Of a DNA stretch of 64,000 bases, positions 49,166 through 59,141 are shown piece by piece (position 1 is the first letter of the stretch; each line of letters opens with the position of its first letter). The notes below the pieces were generated by a model. The model was not told where the DNA came from, did not search any database, and saw only the letters and a list, made by a program, of their open reading frames with translations. The stretch comes from Euzebyales bacterium (GTDB lineage Bacteria > Actinomycetota > Nitriliruptoria > Euzebyales > JAHELV01): the NCBI GenBank assembly GCA_036374135.1, contig DASUUK010000024.1:17305-81304 (forward strand). Reading direction: 5' to 3'. Made by a program: the position numbers and the translations under genes.

Positions 49166-49783
49166 TCACGGATCGAGCGCGGGCCAGCCGTTCGCGCGAC
49201 ACGGCCGGGTGACGATGGTCTGCTGCTGCATCACGGGGGCTCGCGCACCCGGCCGGGGGCACGAACGGTGGTCGTAGCCCAGCCCGTGACCGACCTCGTG
49301 GTTGAGGACGTACCGCCGGTACGTCCTCAGCGGGCCGGTGAACCCTGCCGAGCCGCGCCTCCAGCGGTTGACGTTGATGGCGGCGAACTGACCGTTCCAG
49401 CAGGACAGCCGTCCCATCGTCCGCAGCCCGGCGCGGGCGCACAACCGGTCGACCGTGCGCGGCGTCGCGATGAGCACCCGGATGTCAGGTCGCCGGCGGA
49501 CGCGCCGCAGCGCCCAGTCGGCCGCGCCTGTCCAGCCACGTCGGTCGCCGAGCGCCCGCTCGGCGTGCATCGTCACCCACCGCAGGTTCACATCGGCGGC
49601 CGGCTCGACCTCGATGCGATAGGTCCGCAACCGACCGCTGCCGGCGCGATCCCCGTTGTCGGCCACGTACGCGAACCCCTCGGTGGTCGTGCGCACGGGT
49701 GCGCGACGCTGCGCCGCGGCGGGGGTGACCAGCACGGTCGCCAGAAGCGCCGCACACAGCACGGCACCGAACAGCTTCGCCAT
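49166..49783 (-). CDS. Secreted DUF3152-like protein with an HExxH motif
   Basis: Signal peptide MAKLFGAVLCAALLATVLVTPAAA after GGAGGTG, and NHEVGHGLGYDH (a zincin-like motif). The longer track ORF starts GTGATG, overlapping the mutase stop. Confidence 0.6.
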   Translation of the reverse strand: MAKLFGAVLCAALLATVLVTPAAAQRRAPVRTTTEGFAYVADNGDRAGSGRLRTYRIEVEPAADVNLRWVTMHAERALGDRRGWTGAADWALRRVRRRPDIRVLIATPRTVDRLCARAGLRTMGRLSCWNGQFAAINVNRWRRGSAGFTGPLRTYRRYVLNHEVGHGLGYDHRSCPRPGARAPVMQQQTIVTRPCRANGWPALDP

Positions 49784-49833
49784 GGGGTGGGGCACCTCCA
49801 TCTCGTCCGTGCACGGTCTCTCGCGCGGCGCCA

Positions 49834-51417
49834 TCACACGCCGGACGGGGGCTGGTACCGGCCGAACACACCGCGCAGCACGTCGCAGACCTCGCCGACG
49901 GTCGCCATCGCGCGCAGTGCCTCGCGCATCGGCTCGAGCAGGTTGTCCGACGATGCCGCCACCCGCCGCACCTCGTCGAGGCGGTCGGCGACGACGGTCG
50001 CGTCACGTGCGGCGCGGACCCGCACGAGGCGCTCGGCCTGGGCTGTGCGCACCGCATCGTCGACGCGCTGCAGCTCGGGTTGGACATCCTCGTCGAGGGT
50101 GAAGGCGTTGACGCCGACGACGATGCGCTCGCCGCGCTCGACCCGGCGCTGGTGCTCGTAGGCACTCAGCTCGATCTGCTGCTTCTGGAAGCCGTCGTCG
50201 ATCGCCGGGACCGCACCGCCGAGGTCGTCCACGCGGGCGATCAACGCCTCGGCCCTCCGCTCGATCTCGTCGGTCAGCGACTCGATGAACCAGCTGCCAC
50301 CCAGCGGGTCGGCGACCAGTGGCACATCGGTCTCGTGCGCGACGACCTGCTGCGTGCGCAGCGCCAGACGGGCCGCCGTCTCGCTGGGCAGGGCCAGAGC
50401 CTCATCGAACGCGTTGGCGTGCAGCGACTGGGTGCCACCCAGCGTCGCGGCCAGCGCCTGGATGGCGACACGGATCAGGTTCACCTCCGCCTGCTGAGCG
50501 GTCAGCTGCACCCCGGCCGTCTGCGTGTGGAAGCGCAGCATCTGGGCCTTCGGCGACGTCGCGCCGAACCGGTCTCTCATGATCCGCGCCCACAGCCGGC
50601 GGGCGGCGCGGAACTTGGCGACCTCCTCGAGCAACGACGAGCGCGCCACGAAGAAGAACGACAGCCGCGGCGCGAACTGGTCGACGTCGAGTCCGGCGGC
50701 GACGGCCGCTTCGACGTAGGCGATCGCGTTGGCCAGCGTGAAGCCGATCTCCTGCACCGCCGTCGCCCCGGCCTCGGCCATGTGGTAGCCCGAGATCGAG
50801 ATGGTGTTGAACGCAGGCAGCACCTGGCTGCAGTAGGCGAACGTGTCGGTGACGATCCGCAGGCTGGGCGCGGGCGGGAAGATGTAGGTGCCCCGCGCGA
50901 TGTACTCCTTGAGCACGTCGTTCTGGATCGTACCGCGCAGCTTGGCGGGGTCGACGCCCTGCTCCTCCCCGACCAGCTGGTACAGCAGCAAGAGGATCGA
51001 CGCGGGCGCGTTGATCGTCATCGAGGTCGAGACCTCGTCCAGTGGGATGCCGTCGAACAGCGCCCGCATGTCGGCCAGCGAGTCGATGGCCACGCCCACC
51101 TTGCCGACCTCGCCCGCCGCCAACGCGTGGTCCGAGTCATAGCCCATCTGCGTCGGAAGGTCGAACGCGACGGACAGGCCGGTCTGACCCTGATCGAGCA
51201 GGTACCGGTAGCGGGCGTTTGACGCCGCCGCGGTTGCGAACCCGGCGTACTGACGCATGGTCCAGTGCCGGCCCCGGTACATCGTCTCGTGGACGCCGCG
51301 GGCATAGGGGTAGGTGCCCGGATCGCCCAGCTCGTCGTAGCCGAGATCCGCCACGTCGGCGGGTCGGTAGACGGCCCGCGTGGGGATCCCGGACGCGGTC
51401 TCGTGCTCGCTGCTCAT
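49834..51417 (-). CDS. Acyl-CoA mutase large (substrate-binding TIM-barrel) subunit; no B12-binding domain
   Basis: 527 aa. [42 protein letters not shown] and [10 protein letters not shown]. The protein ends before the cobalamin-binding domain found in ~720-aa MutB-type proteins. Confidence 0.88.
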   Translation of the reverse strand: MSSEHETASGIPTRAVYRPADVADLGYDELGDPGTYPYARGVHETMYRGRHWTMRQYAGFATAAASNARYRYLLDQGQTGLSVAFDLPTQMGYDSDHALAAGEVGKVGVAIDSLADMRALFDGIPLDEVSTSMTINAPASILLLLYQLVGEEQGVDPAKLRGTIQNDVLKEYIARGTYIFPPAPSLRIVTDTFAYCSQVLPAFNTISISGYHMAEAGATAVQEIGFTLANAIAYVEAAVAAGLDVDQFAPRLSFFFVARSSLLEEVAKFRAARRLWARIMRDRFGATSPKAQMLRFHTQTAGVQLTAQQAEVNLIRVAIQALAATLGGTQSLHANAFDEALALPSETAARLALRTQQVVAHETDVPLVADPLGGSWFIESLTDEIERRAEALIARVDDLGGAVPAIDDGFQKQQIELSAYEHQRRVERGERIVVGVNAFTLDEDVQPELQRVDDAVRTAQAERLVRVRAARDATVVADRLDEVRRVAASSDNLLEPMREALRAMATVGEVCDVLRGVFGRYQPPSGV

Positions 51418-51552
51418 CGGCCACCCACTTCCGCTTGAGACATCAAGCAGATGATATGTTCATCAATCGAATGACAGGCGTGCGGCTCCCCCGTCGCCTA
51501 GACTGGCCCGGGTCGACCAGCCCCACACGTGAGCCGATCGGGAAGCGCACAG
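51418..51552. promoter_or_regulatory. AT-richer divergent promoter region between the mutase and sdhC
   Basis: This is the lowest-GC stretch in the area (GACATCAAGCAGATGATATGTTCATCAATCGAATGACAGG). It lies between two divergent starts. No specific operator was recognised. Confidence 0.3.
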
Positions 51553-52326
51553 ATGTCCACGACGAAGCAGCCGCCACGGGCCGACAGTCGGGCAACTGCA
51601 GAGCAGCAGGTGACAGCGAAACGACCGGTGGCGGTGCGCTACAGCGCGTGGGCGCTGGAGTTCTATCGGTCCGCGCTCGGCAAGAAGTACATCATGGCGA
51701 TCACCGGGATCGTCTGGATGGGCTACGTGTTCGCCCACATGGTCGGCAACCTCAAGATGTACCTGGGTCCGGAGGCCCTCAACTCGTACGGCGAGTGGCT
51801 GCGCGAGGGACTGCTGTACCCGATCCTGCCGCACCACGTCATGTTGTGGATCCTGCGGATCGGCCTGATCGTCGCGCTCGCCCTGCACCTGCACGCCGCG
51901 TACGCCCTCACCCGGATGAACCAGAAGGCCCGGCCGACGCGCTATCAGACACCGCGCGACTACATCGCCGCCGACTTCGCGGCACGCACCATGCGGTGGA
52001 CGGGCATCATCGTGCTGCTGTTCATCATCTACCACCTGGCCGACCTCACGTGGGGATGGGCAAACCCGGACTTCGTCCGTGGGGACGTCTACAACAACCT
52101 CGTCGCGAGCCTGTCCAACCCGTTCGTCGCGTTGTTCTACCTGGCGGCCAACGCCGCACTCGGCGTGCACCTGTACCACGGCGCGTGGAGCCTGTTCCAG
52201 AGCCTCGGCATCAGCAGCCCGCGATTCAACCCCTGGCGGCGGTTCTTCGCGATCGCGTTCGCGGTCGTTACCGTCGGCGCCAACCTGTCGTTCCCCATCG
52301 CCGTGCAGCTCGGCGTCGTCGGGTAG
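51553..52326 (+). CDS. sdhC: Succinate dehydrogenase/fumarate reductase cytochrome b subunit (b558 type)
   Basis: Five TM helices with conserved His residues (KKYIMAITGIVWMGYVFAHMVGNL, ALHLHAAY, IIYHLADL, GVHLYHG). ATG 51553 follows GGGAAG. The track start is GTG 51529. Confidence 0.8.
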   Translation: MSTTKQPPRADSRATAEQQVTAKRPVAVRYSAWALEFYRSALGKKYIMAITGIVWMGYVFAHMVGNLKMYLGPEALNSYGEWLREGLLYPILPHHVMLWILRIGLIVALALHLHAAYALTRMNQKARPTRYQTPRDYIAADFAARTMRWTGIIVLLFIIYHLADLTWGWANPDFVRGDVYNNLVASLSNPFVALFYLAANAALGVHLYHGAWSLFQSLGISSPRFNPWRRFFAIAFAVVTVGANLSFPIAVQLGVVG

Positions 52327-52338
52327 GAGGAGCCACCA

Positions 52339-54288
<1,950 letters not shown>

Positions 54289-54378
54289 CAGGCGCCGGGG
54301 CGCCGTCAGGTCCGGCGGGTCACCGTCCCGCGGACACGACACGACCGTCAGGCAGCGAGAAAGGGTGACGAGCACCGC

Positions 54379-55125
54379 ATGAAGCTCACGTTGCACGTGT
54401 GGAGGCAGCCCGGCCCGGGCGACAAAGGGCGGTTCGAGACCTACGAGATCGACGACGTCAGCGAGGACATGTCGTTCCTCGAGATGCTCGACGTGCTCAA
54501 CGAGCGGCTGATCTCCGAGGGCACCGAGCCGATCCAGTTCGAGCACGACTGTCGCGAGGGCATCTGCGGCTCGTGCGGCATGATGATCAACGGGCAGGCC
54601 CACGGACCACAACGTGGTACTGCCGCGTGCCAGCTGCACATGCGTCACTACAGCGACGGCGACGAGATCACCATCGAGCCGTGGCGGTCGGCGGGCTTTC
54701 CCGTCATCAAGGACCTGGTGGTCGACCGCAGCGCATTCGACCGGATCATCGAAGCCGGCGGCTATGTGTCGGTCCCGACGGGATCGGCGCCAGACGCGAA
54801 CCTGATCCCGGTGGCCAAGGAGACCGCCGAGCGGGCGATGGACGCGGCGACGTGCATCGGGTGCGGCGCGTGCGTCGCGGCGTGTCCCAACGGCGCCGCG
54901 CAGCTGTTCACGGCGGCCAAGGTCTCGCACCTGAACATGCTGCCGCAGGGCGCGCCCGAGCGGCTCGAGCGCGTCGCTGACATGGTCGACACGATGGAGC
55001 AGTTCTTCGGCTCCTGCACCAACATGGCCGAGTGCGAGGCCGCATGCCCGAAGGGCATCTCGATCGACTTCATCGCCATGATGAACCGCGACTACCTGAG
55101 GGCGAAGTTTCAGAGCCGCCGGTAG
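54379..55125 (+). CDS. sdhB: Succinate dehydrogenase/fumarate reductase iron-sulfur subunit
   Basis: 2Fe-2S ([15 protein letters not shown]...C) and 4Fe-4S/3Fe-4S clusters ([28 protein letters not shown]). Confidence 0.93.
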   Translation: MKLTLHVWRQPGPGDKGRFETYEIDDVSEDMSFLEMLDVLNERLISEGTEPIQFEHDCREGICGSCGMMINGQAHGPQRGTAACQLHMRHYSDGDEITIEPWRSAGFPVIKDLVVDRSAFDRIIEAGGYVSVPTGSAPDANLIPVAKETAERAMDAATCIGCGACVAACPNGAAQLFTAAKVSHLNMLPQGAPERLERVADMVDTMEQFFGSCTNMAECEAACPKGISIDFIAMMNRDYLRAKFQSRR

Positions 55126-55586
55126 GCGTCCGCCAGCCGTCTGTGGAACCAGGCCCCCACAGAGTTCTCGAGTCGCCGCGAGATCGGTCGGGCACTCCCG
55201 CTCCGGCTCCGCGGCCGGCGACGTCGCAGGCGAATGCGACCGAACGCTCGATCCGCAGCCGCGGCGATCACGGTGCCGTCCGGGCTGAGCGCGAACGGGT
55301 GGCTGGGCAGCGGCATGCGCCGGTCGACCTCGCCGGAGGCCCTCTCCACAACGCCAGCGCCTCGCCGAGCATGTGGGCCGCCCCGGTCGGCCTCGTCAGC
55401 GTCAGCAGCTGCTCACCTCCGGCGGACCTGCCGCTCGAACCGGCATGTGTCGAGCTGCTCACAGGCGACCACCAGCTGATACCTGGACGGATGCGTCCTG
55501 ATGGCTCGGTGCCGAGTGCCCGGCGCCGCCGTGAGACGCAGCCCTGCACGATCTTGTGCGCCGACGCGGGTCGCTGCGACCGGCGG
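55110..55586 (-). pseudogene. Decayed fragment of a SARP/AfsR-type regulator (end of the winged helix plus start of the BTAD domain), split over three frames
   Basis: Three minus-strand frames each hold a piece. Frame 1 (55586-55416) reads ...RAGLRLTAAPGTRHRAIRTHPSRYQLVVACEQLDTCRFERQVRRR*. Frame 2 reads GGEQLLTLTRPTGAAHMLGEALALWRGPPA. A third frame continues toward sdhB. There is no intact ORF or start, and both ends are truncated by neighbours. Confidence 0.5.
55140..55163 (+). terminator. Hairpin TCTGTGG-N10-CCACAGA just after sdhB
   Basis: A 7-bp inverted repeat starts 15 nt after the sdhB stop and is followed by GTTCTCG. Candidate sdh operon terminator. Confidence 0.35.
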
Positions 55587-56078
55587 TCAGGCGGCGACGT
55601 TGGTGATCTGGTCGCGGAACTCGATCGGGTCGGCCAGGAGGTTGAAGTTGTACAGCACCGCTCCCGTGGCCGACTGCACCTGAACGGTCGCGAACCCCAG
55701 CGCACGGCCCAGCGGCCCCTGACGGAAGACGACAGACTGCCGCATGATCGGCATCACCGTGACCCGCTTGATCCCCAGCGCCACCAGCTCGAACAGCCGC
55801 CGGTTCGTGACGACGAGCACGGTGTTGCGCCAGTGCATCCAGCGGTAGGCGAAGTAGAGAACGCCGCCGGCGATGACGAGCAGAGCGACGCCCACCGTGG
55901 CCGGTGACAGCACCGCGTTCGTCAGCATCAGCAACGCGATGATCAGCACGACGACCGCGATGGCGGCGGCGGGGACCAGCACGATGGGGTGGTGCCTGCG
56001 CACGACGAAGCGCAACTTCTCTTCGGGCAGCAGATACGGCGTCGGATCAGGAAGACCGACGGGCACGGTGTACGTCAT
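55587..56078 (-). CDS. Membrane-anchored bacterial PH (bPH_2/YdbS-like) domain protein
   Basis: 163 aa with two TM helices, then VLVVTNRRLFELV...VTVMPI....V.F.QGPLGRALGFATV, typical of the bPH_2 family. Confidence 0.75.
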   Translation of the reverse strand: MTYTVPVGLPDPTPYLLPEEKLRFVVRRHHPIVLVPAAAIAVVVLIIALLMLTNAVLSPATVGVALLVIAGGVLYFAYRWMHWRNTVLVVTNRRLFELVALGIKRVTVMPIMRQSVVFRQGPLGRALGFATVQVQSATGAVLYNFNLLADPIEFRDQITNVAA

Positions 56079-56112
56079 TCAGCGCCGGGTCGTGGGTCGT
56101 GGGGTGGAGTGG

Positions 56113-56277
56113 TCAGACGATGGCCCTCAGGAACGCTGCGACGGACTGTGCGGCACCGGTGAACAGTTCGATGGCACCGTTGACGATCGTCCGCGTCAAC
56201 TCTGCCGCGTCCTGGGGAAACACGATGATGTAGTAGACGAGCAGTGCGACGAGCAGCCAGCGCAGCCACTTCCACAT
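56113..56277 (-). CDS. Small single-pass membrane protein (54 aa), unknown function
   Basis: MWKWLRWLLVALLVYYIIVFPQDAAELTRTIVNGAIELFTGAAQSVAAFLRAIV: one TM segment plus an amphipathic helix. It ends 35 nt upstream of the PH-domain gene. The longer ORF (to 56406) has poor coding character. Confidence 0.4.
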   Translation of the reverse strand: MWKWLRWLLVALLVYYIIVFPQDAAELTRTIVNGAIELFTGAAQSVAAFLRAIV

Positions 56278-56541
56278 GCCAACAGGCCCCCTGAGCCGTT
56301 GTCGGGTGTTCAGTTCTAGCGCGTTCTGCGCCGCTTGCCAAGCTTGTAACCCCATGGGCGCAATTGCGACGGTGTCACGGGGTCTTGTGCCCACCCGTGC
56401 GAGCATGGATCATGCGGTGTGCCGTCGCCGCGCCGTGGGTACTCCGAGCCGGACCCGCCGCAGGCGTCGCGGGGCACTGCGTGCCCGGCCGGACAGCGCG
56501 GCCATACCTGCACACCGGACCAAGACGCAGCGAGGAGTGCC

Positions 56542-57795
56542 GTGGTCGATCTGAGGGATGACCTGAGTCCGTACGAGTCGGTGCAGTACTTCTTCCACGA
56601 CGTCGCCGACCAGCTCGGCATCGACGATCCGACACGATCGGTGCTCAACGGCACGTACCGCGAGATCCGGGTGCAGCTCCCCGTGCGCCGGGACGATGGA
56701 TCGGTCGAGACGTTCTACGGCTACCGGGTGCAGCACAACGGCGCGCGCGGTCCCTACAAGGGTGGCGTGCGGTTCCATCCGACCGCGGATCTCGATGAGG
56801 TGCGGGCGCTGGCGTCGCTGATGACGTGGAAGACCGCGGTCGTCGATGTGCCGTTCGGTGGGGCGAAGGGCGGTGTGCAGGTCGACCCCAAGACGCTCTC
56901 GACGTCGGAGCACGAGCGCCTGACCCGCCGCTACATGTCACAGGTCAGCTACATCGTCGGTGTCAAGCGCGACATCATGGCGCCGGACATGAACACCAAC
57001 GCCCAGACGATGGCGTGGATGATGGACGCCTGGGGACGGTCCCGCGGACACGAACCGGCCATCGTAACGGGCAAGCCGCTGGAGCTCGGCGGCTCCCACG
57101 GGCGTGAGGCGGCGACCGGTCGCGGGGTGGTGATGGTGCTCGACGAGGCGGTCCGGCAGCACGAGTGGGAGCCGTCCGAGACCACCGTCGCCATCCAGGG
57201 CTACGGCAACGTCGGCTCGTGGACGGCGCGCCTTGCAGCCGAGCGGGGATACCGGATCGTCGCGGTCTCCGACGTCGACGGCGCGATCCACGCGCCGGAC
57301 GGGCTGTCCCTGGAGCTGCTCGACAAGCACGTCGGCGAGGCGGACACCGTGGCCGGCTTCGACGGCGCAGATGCGATCGACGGTGACGCGCTGCTCGAGC
57401 TCGACGTCGACGTGCTCATACCCGCGGCGCTCGGCGAGGTCGTCAACCACACGAACGCCGACCGGATCCAGGCCCGGATGATCGTCGAGGCGGCCAACCA
57501 TCCGGTGACGCCGGTGGCTGATGCGGAACTGGCCGAACGCGGCGTCATCGTCGTCCCCGACGTGCTCGCCAACGCCGGTGGCGTCACCGTGTCCTACTTC
57601 GAGTGGACGCAGAACATCCAGGAGTTCAAGTGGAGCGAGCAGCAGGTCAACGAGGAGCTCAGCCGGTACATGCGGGCCGCGTACCGCAAGGTGCGGGAAC
57701 GCGCTGAGGATCTGGAGACGACGATGCGGCGGGCCGCGTTCGCGATCGGCATCAGCAAGGTCGCCGAGGCCGCACACCTGCGCGGGTACGTCTGA
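56542..57795 (+). CDS. gdh: Glu/Leu/Phe/Val-family (glutamate) dehydrogenase
   Basis: GPYKGGVRFHP, VDVPFGGAKGGV and a GYGNVG Rossmann motif. GTG 56542 is preceded by GAGGAG. The track start (56419) is rejected. Confidence 0.92.
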   Translation: MVDLRDDLSPYESVQYFFHDVADQLGIDDPTRSVLNGTYREIRVQLPVRRDDGSVETFYGYRVQHNGARGPYKGGVRFHPTADLDEVRALASLMTWKTAVVDVPFGGAKGGVQVDPKTLSTSEHERLTRRYMSQVSYIVGVKRDIMAPDMNTNAQTMAWMMDAWGRSRGHEPAIVTGKPLELGGSHGREAATGRGVVMVLDEAVRQHEWEPSETTVAIQGYGNVGSWTARLAAERGYRIVAVSDVDGAIHAPDGLSLELLDKHVGEADTVAGFDGADAIDGDALLELDVDVLIPAALGEVVNHTNADRIQARMIVEAANHPVTPVADAELAERGVIVVPDVLANAGGVTVSYFEWTQNIQEFKWSEQQVNEELSRYMRAAYRKVRERAEDLETTMRRAAFAIGISKVAEAAHLRGYV

Positions 57796-57964
57796 TCGCT
57801 GCTGACGGTCTGTTCACCGGCCGGACGGCCGGGCACGGGACCGACCGCGCCCGGCCGCTCCGACAGCGACCGCAAGTCTTCACCATGTGGCCACCCTCCG
57901 GCGCTGCGAGCCGAACCGGCGCTTGGCATAATCGCGCGTCCACGCGACGACAGGCTCAGGCGCA

Positions 57965-58549
57965 ATGTTCGACGAGCATCTGATCCGGCCGGCCGAGACC
58001 GACGCGCCCCCGCGACCGCACCTGACGCCTGTCCCCGACGGGCCTCCGCGCCCGCTGCCGACCACCGCTGAGCCGGACGCCTCCGTCGAGCCACAGCCGG
58101 TGCTGCGGCCGGCGACGCCCGGCGCCCGCGTCGGGGCGTACATCATCGACTGCCTCTCCGTGACGCTGCCGCTGGCGATCGCCGGTGCACTGTCGGGCGT
58201 GCTGCCGGTCAGCGCGGAAGGGTTGGGGCAGGGTGCCGCGTACGCCGCCGCCGTGACCTCGGCGATCGTGCTGCTCATCTACTTCGCGACGGCGGAGGCG
58301 GTGTTCGGCCGCACGCTCGGCAAGCGCCTGCTGCGGTGCGCGGTCATCGCGGCCGACGGGGGTCCGGTCACGCTGCGGGCGGCACTGCTCCGCAGGGTGG
58401 TCTTCGTGGGTGGGCTGGTGGTGCCGATGCTCGGGCCATTACTGGCGTTCGCGGCTCCACTGGCCATGCTGGTGACAGTGATCCAGGACGCGCCGACCGG
58501 CCGCGGGTTCCATGACCAGATGGCGGGGACGCTGGTCGTCGACCGCTGA
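57965..58549 (+). CDS. RDD family membrane protein with a Pro-rich N-terminus
   Basis: GARVGAYIIDCL...GRTLGKRLLRCAVI...GFHDQMAGTLVV is a typical RDD domain with 3 TM segments. Confidence 0.8.
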   Translation: MFDEHLIRPAETDAPPRPHLTPVPDGPPRPLPTTAEPDASVEPQPVLRPATPGARVGAYIIDCLSVTLPLAIAGALSGVLPVSAEGLGQGAAYAAAVTSAIVLLIYFATAEAVFGRTLGKRLLRCAVIAADGGPVTLRAALLRRVVFVGGLVVPMLGPLLAFAAPLAMLVTVIQDAPTGRGFHDQMAGTLVVDR

Positions 58550-58586
58550 TCGCGCAGGACCGCCCCCCGCGGATCGGGATGACCAC

Positions 58587-59132
58587 CTACCCGAACAGCG
58601 CATCGCGGTAGTACCGCAGCTCAGTGATCGACTCGGCGATGTCGCCGAGCGCGCGGTGGCGCTCCGACTTGGCCGGCGCCTCGTCGAGCAGCTGCGGCCG
58701 CCATCGGCGCACGAGCTCCTTGACCGTCGACACATCCACGTTGCGGTAGTGCAGGTACGCCTCGAGCGTGGGCATGTGCCGGCGCAGGAACATCCGGTCG
58801 GCGTGGACGCTGTTGCCTGCCAGCGGTGCGTTCGACGAATCCGGCACGTGCGTGCGGACGAACTCCAGGGTCTCGCGTTCGGCGGCCACCACGTCGCGGT
58901 CAGCCGCGCGGATCTCGTCGATCAGGCCGGATTCGGTGTGCATGCGTCGGACGACGTCCGCCATGCCGTCGAGCGCTGCCTCGGGTGCGGCGATGACCAG
59001 GTCAGGACCCTGCTCGACCCGTTCGAGGCTGCCGTCGGTCACGATCGTGGCGATCTCGACGATCACGTCGGTGTCCGGGTCGAGGCCGGTCATCTCGAGG
59101 TCGATCCACACCAGTGGCTGGGCGATGCTCAT
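58587..59132 (-). CDS. orn: Oligoribonuclease
   Basis: 181 aa with DEDDh motifs (VWIDLEMTGLD, AGNSVHADRMFL, HRALGDIAESI). Confidence 0.93.
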   Translation of the reverse strand: MSIAQPLVWIDLEMTGLDPDTDVIVEIATIVTDGSLERVEQGPDLVIAAPEAALDGMADVVRRMHTESGLIDEIRAADRDVVAAERETLEFVRTHVPDSSNAPLAGNSVHADRMFLRRHMPTLEAYLHYRNVDVSTVKELVRRWRPQLLDEAPAKSERHRALGDIAESITELRYYRDALFG

Positions 59133-59141
59133 TGGACCCTC

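Noticed and set aside
51441-51477. Short matches (TCAAGCAG, CGAATGAC) between the sdhC promoter region and the 36-nt repeat neighbourhood at 43141-43165
   Set aside because: These are only two separate 8-mers, in a different order and spacing. Matches of that length are expected by chance in 2 x 64 kb.
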